Assembly: GCA_000442015.1 (NCBI GenBank)
Contig: KE560959.1
Span: 124,001 to 188,000, forward strand
DNA length: 64,000 nucleotides
Reading direction: 5' to 3'
DNA from: Rozella allomycis CSF55
Lineage: Eukaryota
The translations under genes were made by a program, and so were the position numbers. Shown here in pieces: positions 1 through 13,600 of the stretch (the first letter of the stretch is position 1; every line of letters starts with the position of its first letter). The notes beneath the pieces were generated by a model. It saw only the letters and a list, made by a program, of their open reading frames with translations. It did not search any database and was not told where the DNA came from.

Positions 1-876
1 TATCAAAGAGCATGGGAATATTTATGCTTGGCAGACAAAGAAAAGTTGGATGAACATCAAGGATTGTTTCATTCCATAATGTCAACTTTTTATTTTGCAA
101 TGTGTGATGTACAGAAAACGCTTTATCACATTGAGCTTGGAATTAATAAGGAGCCGAGAAATGCGATGCTCTTGGCAAAGAGGGCAACGATAAAGATGGA
201 AATGGGAATGCCACAGGAAGGCTTAGAAAGTTTCGAAGAGGCAGAAAAAGTTGATCCACAGAATCCATTTGTGTTTTTAAACAAGTGCTATTATTTGTCA
301 ATGTCATCTGCATTTATTGGCTATGATGATGCACAGAAATGTGTATTGTTAGGCAGTGAATTCCCAATAGCATTTGTGAACCTTTCAAGATTCTATTTAA
401 GCATGGGTAATAAATCAAAGGCTTTGGAGACGATTAATCTTGGCCTTGAAAAACATTCTTCAGATCCCCATTTGATAAATATTTACATTGATTTGCTTTC
501 TGACGATGAACGTAAAGATAAACAAGATTATGTTTCTTCTTTAATCGATAAAATGTTGGAATTGAACCCCAAAAACGCCGTTGCTTATCTCGTTGCTGGT
601 GGCAATTTGATGCTTCAAAAGAAATACGCAGAAGCGTTGGAGATGCTTGACAAGGCAGAGGAATTAGATCCAGCTTATTCTTTCACCTACTTTGCCAAGG
701 CGCATGTCAACATTCTAACAAACAATCTAAACAAGGCAAAAGAACACATAAAGAAGGCAATTGAGAACACTACAAATCAAATGGAATTAATTCAAGTTAT
801 TAGGCAGGCAGTGGAAATAGAAATTCAAATTAAAGTAATTGAAAAATTCCCACAATTATTAAATTTAATCGAGTAA
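1..876 (+). CDS. TOM70: TPR protein, Tom70-like mitochondrial import receptor (5' part outside window)
   Basis: Tandem TPR repeats (KRATIKMEMG..EAEKVDPQNP, DKAEELDPAY, AKEHIKKAIE) resembling the Tom70 C-terminal half. Confidence 0.65.
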   Translation, partial: YQRAWEYLCLADKEKLDEHQGLFHSIMSTFYFAMCDVQKTLYHIELGINKEPRNAMLLAKRATIKMEMGMPQEGLESFEEAEKVDPQNPFVFLNKCYYLSMSSAFIGYDDAQKCVLLGSEFPIAFVNLSRFYLSMGNKSKALETINLGLEKHSSDPHLINIYIDLLSDDERKDKQDYVSSLIDKMLELNPKNAVAYLVAGGNLMLQKKYAEALEMLDKAEELDPAYSFTYFAKAHVNILTNNLNKAKEHIKKAIENTTNQMELIQVIRQAVEIEIQIKVIEKFPQLLNLIE

Positions 877-931
877 TTTATTTTTTGTATTTTCATAGAT
901 CTCAAATCACTGCCAGAAATGCAAATTCATC

Positions 932-2173
932 TTAATAAATTAATTCTTCAATCTCTGATAATAAATATAATGAACCTGTTATTATTATCATCTCCTCTTT
1001 ATCATTTAAACTTGCAATTGCGTCATTTATAGATTGCGCACTGCTTGCCGAAATACCCGGATACAACTGGAACGAAAGATTTGAAAGTTCATGAACGTCG
1101 GCACACGCAATCCAAGGCATATCAATCACTTTATCAAAAGGGACAAACGTTATTTTATCTTCAACTCTCAAAAACTGACCCAACAATTCCTTGTAATCTT
1201 TGCCCTTTTTAAATCCAACGATCCAATGTATCTTTTTTGAAGTATGTGTATTTCTTATGTAATCACTCAACTCCTTTAAACCATCTCTATTATGGGCTCC
1301 ATCAACAAACACCTCTTTGCCATTCACTTTGGTCGAACAATATCTTCCAAAATGATTCAAACTTAAAACATTCGGTAATTCATTTTCGGGATATAGAATT
1401 TTAAAAGCAGTCAAAGCTGTACTTGCATTCATCAGGCAGATAGGTGAAAGAAAAGTGCATGCAACATTATACTCGGTATTGTTCTCTAGCCTCCAATGTA
1501 ATATATCACTATCACTCTTTACACTTTGACCACCCACACAGCTAATTTCATTAATGGAATACATTTCATTGTTCTCGATTTTATACTTTTCAGCTTCTTC
1601 CTTTAATGTTTTCAATGCATTAGGTTCCTTCTGATATCCAATTAATACTTTTTCAGTGTTCGAAAATATACCAGCCTTTTCACGTGCAATGGATACTATG
1701 GTATTACCGAGAAATTCAACATGGTCAAGTCCTATCGATGTAATTATGGACAAACTCTTTCCTTCCAAAACATTAGTAGCATCCAATCGGCCGCCTATAC
1801 CCACTTCAACAATCGCAACGTCTATTTTCCAGTCTTTGAATACTAAAAATGCAGTTGCAGTCTGGATTTCAAAAAGTGTCGCTCCAAACTGATTTGCATT
1901 TTCAACAATCTTCCTTCTCTCCAGATAAAAATCTAAAGAACAAGAATTATTATTAATTTTAATTGCATCTGATGGATGTTTTACATGTGGTGAATAGAAA
2001 GTGCCTATTTTATGATCAGGAAAAGACTCGGAAATGAAATCAGTGAGAAAAGCACACACTGACCCTTTTCCATTGGTTCCTGCTACATGTATAATTTTTG
2101 TAAACGACTTTTGCGGATTTCCTATTGCGTTTAACAGCTTTTGTATTCTTTCTAAACCTAAAGTAATGGCCAT
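932..2173 (-). CDS. FOL3: Dihydrofolate/folylpolyglutamate synthase
   Basis: IHVAGTNGKGS P-loop, EVGIGGRLDATN, DGAHN, ITGSLYL motifs; first plausible ATG gives MAITLGLERI; intronless. Confidence 0.9.
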   Translation of the reverse strand: MAITLGLERIQKLLNAIGNPQKSFTKIIHVAGTNGKGSVCAFLTDFISESFPDHKIGTFYSPHVKHPSDAIKINNNSCSLDFYLERRKIVENANQFGATLFEIQTATAFLVFKDWKIDVAIVEVGIGGRLDATNVLEGKSLSIITSIGLDHVEFLGNTIVSIAREKAGIFSNTEKVLIGYQKEPNALKTLKEEAEKYKIENNEMYSINEISCVGGQSVKSDSDILHWRLENNTEYNVACTFLSPICLMNASTALTAFKILYPENELPNVLSLNHFGRYCSTKVNGKEVFVDGAHNRDGLKELSDYIRNTHTSKKIHWIVGFKKGKDYKELLGQFLRVEDKITFVPFDKVIDMPWIACADVHELSNLSFQLYPGISASSAQSINDAIASLNDKEEMIIITGSLYLLSEIEELIY

Positions 2174-2201
2174 AATTTGCAGGGATTTTGTAACACAAAA
2201 T

Positions 2202-3338
2202 TTAAAATAATTTATTGAAACAGTTAACACAATATGGTTTAAAAGAATGTTCCTTGAAGCTAGTATTCGCAAGAACCCTTGAACAATGTGAACAAGTAAA
2301 ATGCTCTGGGTGATATTTCCTATCCTGGGCTGTGATGCACTTTCCCACTATTCCTTTTTTGCATACACAACATATAGTCCCTCGAATTGTAGTTTTATTA
2401 CTATTACCTTTCATAAGGTGGTAGTGTTCTTGACAGTAAGGTTTCTCTTGATGACTGAAGAATTTGCTGTCATCGAATGATATTTTACAAATCTATATGT
2501 CGATAATCAAGATAATTTACTTCGCAATTAAAGCATTTTTGATGCCAAAATTTGTTTAACGCATTAATTGAAGTTTCATGTATAGGATTTCCACATCTAT
2601 CACATTTTTTAGTAAAGAGATGCTTGTAATCTTGTTCGCAGTAGGGTTTACCGTCACGTTCTAAATATTCACCATCGAGGAAGACTTTCCCACATATTGT
2701 ACAGGTGAAATGTTCAGGGTGGTACTCTTTTCCCAAAGCCGAAACGCATTTCTTCATTATCATAAAGTTTTTTTCGCTTACGCCATTAATTTCCTTTTGA
2801 CACATAGCACACACCGGTATTCCAATTGATGGATAATGCTCTTCACAATATATCTTATCATTATCCGCATAGAATGGCAATTCACAAACGTTCTTTGCGC
2901 ATTCGTAGCATTGAAAGTGCTCTTTATGCCACACTAAATTTTCCACTTTCATAAATTCACGACCATAGATTAAATCAAGGCACTTTGAGCATTTTAGATT
3001 TTCAGATTCGGTTAATGGAGAAGGTAAAAAAGCTTCAAAATTCTATAATCAAATAATGCGCCATAATTTACCGGTGTCAATGGCGATGGAATCTTTATGC
3101 CTGTAGAATCAGTTGGGCTATGTAAGCTTTCTTTGTCAATAATCGACACTTTCTTTTTATTAATATCCAGTGACACAATTTTTTCATGGTGTGCCATTTC
3201 TGCCATCAGTCCATCTAATTCGGTAAATGTAAATCGATTTTTGACATTGATAGTAGAGTTATTTGACTCCTTTGTATTTTCTTCTACATGTAATGTATTA
3301 TTGGAAAGATCGCCAAGCAGTTTATCTAGCTCATCCAT
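2202..3338 (-). CDS. PXL1: Paxillin-like protein, LD motifs plus four LIM domains
   Basis: N-terminal MDELDKLLGDL (LD1-like) and four CxxC..HxxCxxC LIM units after removing four 27-30 nt GT-AG introns. Confidence 0.85.
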
Positions 3339-3397
3339 TTTCCGTTCTATAAATAACAAGATGTCTAAAGAGTACAAATATGTAGATTTATTATTTA

Positions 3398-4705
3398 TTA
3401 TGATGACTGTTTTGAGCAGCAACGAAAAAGCTTTCCAAAAATTCCTTTTCTTGGTTTTGTTTCATGTAAATTGTTTGTCCCTTGTGTGGTATTTTTGTTT
3501 CTTTGATTTTGAGACACATCGTTTGTATTATACATTCCACTTTTATACTCATTTTTCTTTATAACATTTATAATAACTGTACTTTGTAATCGTTATTCGA
3601 ATTGTTAAGTTCTTTAAGGTTAATCCAGTCGTATTTTACGTCATTTTCTTTTACGTTGCATTTTTCCAATATGATTTTAAATAGGCTTATTAGGTAATCG
3701 TAGTTTGGGGTCTCTTCAAATCCTAGGTTTCGCGTATATGTCATATATGCAGCAACCTCATCTATTTAAGTTTACGTGGCCCATTTACCAGGAAAGCCTT
3801 CGCAGAGATCTTTAATAGAAACTTGTTGTTTCTTTTCACCGATTTTTTCGTATTTTTGCTTGTTAGTAGCTGCCTTTAGCCCTTGCCTAATTAATGTCTG
3901 AATAGCAATTTACCAAGGTAGTTGTTGCCTTAGAAAATATACAAAAACGTGACCTAAAGCTTCTAAATCATCTCTACGACTTTGTTCTCTGCCTAAATGT
4001 GTGTTTATGCTCATGTATCTTGCAGTGCCCGATAGAGATTTCCTTTCCCGATATGGGATGTGCTGCTTTGTCTTTGGGTCTCTATAATATTTAGCCATCC
4101 CAAAATCTACGAGATACACTAAATCACTTTGAGATCCTCTTCCTATTAAGAAATTATCTGGTTTGATATCTTCCTTAGCTTTAGCAATCTAAAATACCTC
4201 GGTATATTAAATTTCTTTCATGGACAGTCTGAACTCTGGTAATCTTTCACTAATTATTTTATTTAATACCATTTGAACAGCTAATTTTGCTATTGTGGGG
4301 AGCGAGAACTTTCTGTTGCACATTTCAAACAAATCCTCTAAACTGGGTCCTAGTAAATCAAGGACTAAAACATTATGAAACCCTTCTTGCCCAAAATAAG
4401 ATACAGACGGAATTCCGACTATACAAATACAAAATGTCAAACTTACCACATCCCGCTAATATTTTATATGTTCTATATTCATCACGAAGCTGAGGTGCAT
4501 CGCTTTTTCTAGGCTCAAATTTAATGGCAACTGCTTGATTATTTAATAAATTTAATCCTTAAAAATAGGTCTCGGTTTTTGTTTTACCTTCGTATATTAT
4601 TCCAAAACTGCCTTCTCCAATTTTTCTACCAACTCTATAATGAACCCCTACAACAGATGGAGTAACTGTCCGTTGATCACTGTCGTCATTGCGTCTCCTA
4701 CTCAT
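3398..4705 (-). CDS. Casein kinase I, Yck1/2 / CK1-gamma type with C-terminal CC
   Basis: [43 protein letters not shown]; several 26-31 nt introns; last exon ends [16 protein letters not shown]. Confidence 0.93.
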
Positions 4706-4994
4706 TTATCGTGGCTAAAAGAGGCTTGGATCGGAGAGTCACCAGGGTAAATAAACAAATACAAATTAATACATTAAAATGTGCATTAAACAACATTTAA
4801 AATACAATTTTCAAAGGACCAAGAATCTAAGTTCTATTACAGGAAAAGAGATTGATAGATTTGCACTTTTACTGTAACAATCAATATTAAAATTTAAAAA
4901 CGTTTCAAATTCTTTGATATTTTTAACACGACCTTGCAATTGTTCACGTCATGTGATCAACAAAAGCCGAAATCAAAAACCCAGCCACCCCCGT

Positions 4995-6462
4995 ATGCGT
5001 AATACAAAATCCTCTCTGGCAGATACATTTATAGTTTCATCTGCAAATTCATCTCGTGCTTTTTTAAACGTTTCCGAGTCTCCTGGAGCTCAGGGGGAGT
5101 CTTTTGACACCACGACCCTAGGGAAAAATTATGAAGAATCTGTAAGTACAACAGCTTTAAATGCTGGTCAAATTAATGATGTTGAAAAACAGCCGCAAGT
5201 AATACTTCGAGAAAAAACACCAACAGGGTCTTTTGTCTCATGTTCAACTAACCTGTTAAATACTATTTTAGGCACAGGTCTTGTGACATTGGCATCTACA
5301 ATGAATGTAATAGGTATAATACCCGGCTCATGTTTAATATTGTTGTTTGCCATATTTTCTGGATTTGGTTTACATTTGCTTACAATTTCAGCTAGCAAGG
5401 TTGGCCGAACATCTTCTTTCTTCACTATTTCAAAAATAACATATCCTAAAATGGGCCTTTTATTTGATATTGCAATAGCTGTTAAATGTTATGGTGTTGC
5501 TACAGGTTATTTAATCATTGTCAAGAAGCTATTTTCGCGTATTTTATTAGAAGGGCTTTCATATGAACAGGGATTTTTCACTGGACAGAAATTTATATTG
5601 ACGATATCAATGTGTATTGCCATTCCACTTGCTTTACTACGTCGTTTGGACTCTTTAAAATACACTAGCTACCTTTCCATGTTGGCTATATTTTACTTAT
5701 TGATTCTTGTTGTTGTATTGTTTTTTCGTTCATTTGAATCTTCCTATGTAGTGCAGCCTAACTTATTTCCCTCATCTGAACAGAGTATTTTCACCATGCT
5801 AAAGAATCTTTCAATTATTATATTTGCTTTTACATGTCACCAAAATCTTTTTGCAGTTTACAATGAAAAAAGAAATAACAAAGTCTCTTCCATTAACAAA
5901 GTGATTACCTTTTCAATTTCCACTGCTTCTTGTTTTTACTGGGTAATTGGTATTCTTAGTTACTTGACTCTTTTAAAGCAACCAGATGGTAAAGTTAGCG
6001 ATAATATATTAGAATCATGTAATTGTTATGAGTTTAGTTAAATTAGATGAGAGTAATATGGCGGTAATTGTGGCCCAGTTTGCTTATGGTTTACTGACTT
6101 TGTTTTCGTATCCTCTGCAAGTGCATCCTTGTAGAAATTCGCTCGAGAAAGTTTTTCCAATTAGTAACGAAACCAGACTGAAGTATCCAAAAACTATTTT
6201 CTATGGTATTTCTGGTGTCATAATTTTAGCCACATTCTTTACGGCCTTTTTCGTTGATGAATTAGGATTAGTTTTAGCTGTTGTTGGATCCACTGGCTCT
6301 GTTACATTATGTTATATTCTGCCGTCACTTTTCTATGTAAAGTTAACAGAAAATGAGGGGTGGCATACTAAAAGGATTCTCGCGGCAGCTTTGGGTGCTA
6401 TTGGTATCATTGTGATGTGTCTGTGCTTACCCTCTGCTCTAGTGTCAAGTGCAGGTCATTAA
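4995..6462 (+). CDS. Amino acid transporter, Aa_trans/AVT family
   Basis: NLLNTILGTG, FAFTCHQN, SYPLQVHPCR, GSTGSV..YILP motifs; many hydrophobic helices; one short intron near 6019-6047. Confidence 0.88.
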
Positions 6463-6559
6463 AAACATTAAAAAATAAAAAATACTCAATTTAAACAATT
6501 TTAAATCAAAAATAATACATAGTATATCTATAATCTAATTTATTTACATTGATTTTTAA

Positions 6560-8272
6560 TTATGACGAGAACAATTCCCGCTACTAATTAGGATATAAAA
6601 ATATTACCAGAGAAGGTACAATCGCTTTGTTGTAGGCCTGAATATTGTGTTGATCGGATTCATCTATTGTTGTATACATCCTAGTTGAAACTTCAATATC
6701 TAAAGGTATGTGATCAAATAGAGATAGCCATTCGTTACAGAATTGAATCTGATCAATGGAATAGCCAGTGCACGCTTTGATAATTTCAGAGGGATCTTTT
6801 CCAGCGATAAAACTAACGTTACTTGGTAAGAATTGACAGCATTTTAAATAGAATGCGGAAGCCGCCATAAGACTGGGACAATGGATTGTGCTTTCTAAAT
6901 CATGGATTGCAATGTCAAGAAGGGATATCGCTGCCAAATAGTGGGAGGTTTTATATAAATAGCCGGGGCCTTTTCTGGTCGGAGTTATTCTTTTTCTAAA
7001 ATTTTGAAAGATGCTCAAACTCATAGATTGATTATTTGGCGCAAAATGTTTTGGAAACCACCGTGAGGCGTTTTGAAGGTACAAATTTAGCCACAGATTG
7101 CATGTTGGATTACATAAATCCCATTTTAAAGTCTGCATTAGCTTTAATTCCATATCCACAATTTCATGTCGTGTGAACGCATCATCACAAACCAGAACGT
7201 AGTACTTCAATTTTGGCGGAAACATTTCCTATTGCTTTTTAAGGAGCGTATTACTTCTAACTTGGATGCAACAAATAAAGCAGTAATGCCCAACAATTGT
7301 AATTTGTTGCGTGGTACATTTGTTGTCAGTGAAAGATATCGATCAATAAAATTAACAGCTAGATAGACTGTTTCCCTGTGTAGAATAAATTCTTTCGCGA
7401 CCTAAAATATTAAAAAAAGTTAAAATTCTACTTCCATTAACCATCCAATCATTGTTGTTCGCATTCTAGTGGTCAAGTCGGGATGTCTTTGGAAATACAA
7501 CATGTTAGGCATCATTTGCTTTTCTCTCTTTAAACAATGATTCCAAACTGATAATTCAATATGATAATTGGCCACCTAAATTTATTCCCGGCCAGGCAGA
7601 TTACATTGTTTCCTTTAACATATCCATAGTGCAGTAATGCTGCAAGTTGCGGTGCTTTACAATCTGGCAAGTCATCTTTATCAACCCAAGGGAAAAGCTC
7701 GGGTGTGGTTATCGAATAAACTCGCTGTCTCTTCAAATCCACTGCATCATCAGCCTCGTCACATAATAAAGCATGATCAAATTGAAAATCATCGTCGGTA
7801 GGATCAGATATTGAAGAATTGCTGTCTTCCTCATTATCATGCCATTTATTTTCGAAAATAGCTTCCAATTCTTGCGACACAGTCACCTTTAGTTCTTTCG
7901 ACTGCAATATTGACACATATTCACTAAACTCATGATTGTCATAATCTTCAATATTATCATTCATGTCTTTAAATGCAAATGGATCTTCAAGAGCATTTCC
8001 AAATTGTGATGAAGACGGCACCTGCTGCGTAGATTTTGTGTCACTAGTAACAGTCCTTCTTCGTTTAGGAGAGTTATTTTTCACAGGAGACAGCCTTTCT
8101 CTCTTCTTCAAAACGTTCTAGAGTCACAAAATGACACTGCCCTTACCAATGCATTGGTCAACGGACCAAGTATCGATCGTCTTCTAACACTGCCTCTCAT
8201 GTTGGGAATCAGTTCTGGTGCCATGTTAGCCTCCACAATCACACCGCAGTTCTCTTTTGCTGACATCTGCAT
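6560..8272 (-). CDS. Cyclin, most similar to cyclin E
   Basis: Spliced cyclin box HPDLTTRMRTTMIGWLMEVAKEFILHRETVYLA..FIDRYL..KLQLLGITALFVASKLEEMFPPKL..LKWDL..WLNLYLQ; C-terminal HNIQ. Confidence 0.85.
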
Positions 8273-8563
8273 TTTGAAAACACAACAGCAATCACCCCTG
8301 TTGGAAAAGTGGAATTTTACAATGAGAAAATCAAAAATAACAGCTATTTGTGTAATTTATGATTTCTTCAAAGTAATTTACCCCTACATCTAGAGTTCTA
8401 CTCAATGAGTTAGGTAGAACTTTACATGGGCCAACTAAGCATGAAGCTTTTAGCTTTGATAATCTGAAACTAAATTCATTGAGCATTTATATAGATGGAG
8501 CAAACCTTCAAAATAATAGTTTGTTGCTATCAATAACTTTTGACTGCGCCATATTTAAGGATC

Positions 8564-9394
8564 ATGCCATTTGCAACAAAAAAGCTCAATATTGAAAAGG
8601 CGAGTAACTTTATTTGTGTAAATATATGTAGAGAAAATTCTTTGAAACAACCAGTGGTATTAGTTGCATGTGGTTCTTTTTCACCTGTTACTTATCTACA
8701 TTTGAGAATGTTCGAACTGGCCAAGGATAGAATCGAAGATTCGAAAAGGTTTGAATTAATAGGTGGATATTTCTCTCCAGTTTCTGATTCTTATATGAAA
8801 AATGGTTTGGCGCTTCACACTCACAGAATTAAGATGTGTGAATTGGCTGTTGAAGACTCTGATTGGATTATGGTTGATGAATGGGAAGGTACTCACGCAG
8901 AATATGTAAGAACCGTAAAAGTTCTGGATTACTTTCAAGACTGTGTTAATCAATGGGTAGAACGAGGTAAATTAACAAAATTGAACACATCCAAGAAAGT
9001 ATTGGGAGAAATGTTAGAGTCATTTTACTAGCTGGCGGGGACCTAGTCGAATCATTCGGAATTCCTGGACTATGGGCTGATGCAGATGTATTAAAATCAA
9101 ATAATTTTCATGACAGTTAGAGAAAATTATGGGAAATTATGGTTGCTTGATTGTTGAAAGAACTGGCGTCGACCTTAAAGGATTTCTGCTGGAGCACGAC
9201 ATTGCATACAAGAATAGAGTAAAGAAACATTGTACAAACAATAGGAAAATATATTAATAGCAAAGCAGCACATTCATAATGATATTAGTTCTACAAAAAT
9301 AAGATTGTTTATCAAACGAGGCCTTTCAATTAAATATTTGCTGCCGGAAGAAGTGATACGGTACATCTACGATCATAATTTATACACGGAATAA
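8564..9394 (+). CDS. NMA1: Nicotinamide/nicotinate mononucleotide adenylyltransferase
   Basis: ACGSFSPVTYLHLRMFE, LAGGDLVESF, NDISSTKIR motifs; start codon uncertain. Confidence 0.92.
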
Positions 9395-9409
9395 AACTTA
9401 TAAACAATT

Positions 9410-10586
9410 CTATTTATTCTCATCATCATCATCTTCAGATTCAGAATAAGTTTCTTTTTCTTCAGTCCTGAAAGTACCCAGCACTTTGGTATTATAAGAT
9501 CCACACTCTTGGCACTTGTGATAAATAAAATGGTATTTAGTGGAGGACTTCTTCTCGCAGTCATTGCATGATATTTCAGCCTGGACATCTTTATACTGTT
9601 CAGGCATAACCTCTTGCGATAATACTTCATCCAAATGTGCATTGAAAGCAGACATATCATCAACTGATTTCAAGCAAACTGGACAAACATAATTCGTCTG
9701 CCTGTATTCTTCAAAGCAATAATTATGGATTGGATGTCCACATTTCTACTACAAAAAAGTCTTTGCTTTACCATGAATATTACTTGTCTGGTAGAATGGA
9801 AAAGATCTTCAAAGCATATTGGGCAGTCAGTCTGGAGTCTTTTTTCTATACACTTGTGTGAATTCTTTTGGTCTATTGAAATGCATGCATCACATCTCAT
9901 GCAATGATAAAAGTCAATGTCCAAACCTTTTCCTATTCGGCAAATACCACAAAGATGACAATGATAAATTGACTTGGATTCATCATTGTCCCAGAAATGA
10001 CAAATGTCACAATAATATTTGCCTAGGACCTCACCGCAGTTTTGACATTCCTTGGCGCAATCTTGTACCTCGTTGCATTTCATACACAGCATTTTTTCAA
10101 TTTTATGCCGGTTAATTTCATGGGTTTCGTTTTCGTTGTGGCAAAACCTACAGACATACCACTTTCCACAACATTTGGCGAAAATTTTATTGCCCCTACG
10201 ATAATGCTTACAGCCCATTTCTTTCGTGGCTTCAATCTTTAAAAAATAATTATTTCAGTTACATTATATGAGACGTCTTTATCTGTATCATTCACAACGA
10301 CAGCCGTATCTTCCTTTGGCGTATTTCTTTCCTGGACCCATTTGCCTGTCATTAATCTTTGTATTCTCTTGGTTTTTTCTTCTAGAGTCAAATTTTTATC
10401 TCTATGTATCGATAGAATGCTCCTCTTAATGTCCTCTTGATCATGGTCTGCGTTTATTCCAAAGGGTGTCACATTTCTTGAGTTTGACACATCAAGAACT
10501 GGATCATAAGGTGGTATATTACTATCACCATTTGATAAATGTGTATTATCTGCAGATCTATGACCTGCTGGACTTTGATCGCTCAT
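9410..10586 (-). CDS. CHY zinc finger/RING E3 ligase (RCHY1/Pirh2-like)
   Basis: GCKHYRR..CCGKWYVCRFCH, CPICFEDLF RING, C-terminal CNDC..YHKCQECGSYNT. Confidence 0.9.
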
Positions 10587-10678
10587 TTCCGGATTTTCAG
10601 AATTCCTCTACTCAAAAAGAAAAAAATCTTGTCCACATTCTAAATAAATATTTATGGCGCAAGTTTTGTTTTGTTATC

Positions 10679-13600
10679 ATGACTGTTGTCAATTCAGAAA
10701 GTTTTCTCCCGCCTATTCAAAACAATTCTGGAAGAAAAAGGGACTTCTATTCATCGACTATATTTCAAAATCAAATCGTTGAAAACAATTCAAATATAAA
10801 TCATCAGAAAAATTCATATTTAAGTAGGCTTATTCGCTTGTCAAATATCTCCAACACAGTTCCTTTGAACCAAATAAACTTTGTCGAAAATGAGAAAAAC
10901 TTAAAAACAGAAAACGAATTAATTGAACATGAAATAACTAGTGTTAAAGAAACAGACAAACACACCAATTTTCCAAGCAAGCTTCCCGTACCCATAGGAT
11001 TAGGATCACGTAAAAGAAATCAGTGGTTGGAACCCAATAAGAAAAAAGAGGAAATCGCATCAGAAATACGTGAAACTCTTAGGCATTCATATTCACCAAT
11101 TCTTGAAGAATTAAAAGTCGGCGATAAGGTGCAAGAAAGCCATGAAAGTAAACCTACACCTATAGAAAATGTAACTCAAGAAATAGCATACGAAGAATTG
11201 CTAGAAACTGGATATTCTGGTGAGATGATCGATGCCAAGATAGAGACTACGAACTTTGATGTAGAGGACAAAAAGAAAATTGAATTCAAATTAAAATCAC
11301 TATCTGAGTGCGAAAAGCCTAGTTCAGCAGGGTCTATAATTTGCGAGTATTCCAACGAATCATATTCCACAGAAATTCTATCGGGATTCGATTCTCTTAA
11401 AATGTCTATTGATACATTTATTAAACCAAAATTTGATTTTTCTTTATCTTCAGATCAAGGAATAAATAACGAACGAAATCTTAGTGTTGAACGCGGAATT
11501 GAAGATATAAGACCAAGTTCTTCCTACTCTTTTGTGATTGATTCTAATCCGCCCAGGAATCAAAGTAGATTGAGTAATATCATGAATAGGAGAAAAACAT
11601 GGATCGCTGATTTTAAAAAGCAGGCTAAAACAAAAAATGAAAACCAAGAATCTGTCACGACGAATTGCTTAAATGTATTAAAGAATGAGGTGAAATGTGT
11701 ATCTGATGCTGAAATTCAAACATCTCAAAATGAATTATTCTCCTTTAATGATATACGCGACGGTAGCGTTACAATACCCAACAACTTTATTTATCAAACC
11801 ATTTTGAACTATTTACAAGACCAAGGTTTACATGAGAGCGCCCAGATCTTTTCTTTGGAAACTGGTGTTGTTTCAAATAAAGAGAATGAAATCGAATTAA
11901 AAAGACTGATGAGGGACAAAAATTTTGATGAAGCCATAAGGCTAGTAAAGTAATTCATAAATTAAACAGCTAAAAAGAAAGACATGCCTTTCAGTGCTTA
12001 GTTCCAAAACTGTCCAATTGAAAAAGGAATCTACGATTCAAAAATTGAATATTTCTTTTCACGATTTCATTTACATTCTCTATAAATATTATTTTATCGA
12101 TTCCTTAAAAACAGGGGCAAAAAATATTGCATGGGAAGTACTTTTAAATTTGCGTGATTTCGTGGAAAATAAAGATAAAGAGGACAGATATAAATGGTAT
12201 GAATCAGATATAAATCATTTGGAATCTGCCTTTAATTCGGATCGAGAAAATGCTCCAAACTGGTTATTGAATTGGGATTGGGATACTGAAATGCATCGAT
12301 TTTGGAACAAAGTGGAATACGTGTATCGATTTAGGCGAATGAAAAAAATCCTATTTGAATTGAAGTCTTTGTATAGTAAATCTTTTATGTTGAAAAGAAA
12401 AGGTTCAAATATTTTGGATAGGTTCAAAATGGAAAACAGCGAGAAATCTGTGCCTTTGTTTGCCCATGTGGCAGCAGAATACTTCATGGATGTGAGATCG
12501 TCAATATCGATAAAGGATCTTTTCATGCTGGGTAAGCGAGTTTTGAAATCCGATATCAAACTGTTACACACCCTTTGCCCTGATATTCCAACCAATGCTT
12601 TTAATGATGAGTTCTTTTGGATTTCATGGCCTGTATGGGATGGGAAATATTCAACTGCATTAGATCAGAAAAAGAATCATATTGACAATGTAGACTATAT
12701 AAATATAGAGGATAATATTGTTGCAAAGACAAAAGAGATTAAAGTAATATATACTGAAATATAATATCATGAAAGAAGAAAGCAACAAATTAATCCAGAA
12801 ATTGAAGTTCAACTTTAAAGAACACAGCAAATTACAATCTTCGTCGGTCATTCGTCAATTAGACGTCTACAAAATTTCTGGAGATAATTAGTAATTTTCA
12901 TTTCAACCGAAAATAGTTACATTGCTGGTGCATCCGATGACAAAAAGATTTCAATTTATGATTTGCAGTTTGATCACATCCAAACCTTAGATCCTATCCC
13001 ACAATCTAAAACAATTATATTTTTGAAATTCCACCCTGAAAATTTCAACTGGGTGATTAGCGTTGATACCGACCGAAACATCGTATGGTGGCAATTGGAT
13101 TTGAGGCAGCCTCTGCAGATATGGCGAAAAAGTCATTCTCACACAGTTAATCATTTTGACTTTGTACCAAATGAGAAGGATAGTCGGTAATTGTTTACAT
13201 AATCGCATAATTTAGAGCTGTAACGTGTTCAGCCGATCATAGCATTAAATTTTGGCATTTTTCAACATCAAAGAGTCACGCAGCTAGTATTCACTCTAAT
13301 GCCCCATTTACAACATTTTGCATTTCGGGAAAAGAGGGAGTAATCGTTTTTATGAGTTCATATAGAGTCAATTGCTCTACGCTGCACAACCTAAAGGCAT
13401 AATAAAAATATACAAAGTGAAAACTTTGAATTTGATAAAGCAATGTCAAGTCATACCATTCATTGAAACTTCATTATGCTCAATTTGTGTGTCTCCTCTA
13501 GACGAAAACCTAATTATTATCTCAGCTGATAGAAGTGAAATGATAATATTGTTTAACATTAAACGAGAAAAAGTGGTAAAGAACATGACCGCAAGGGGTT

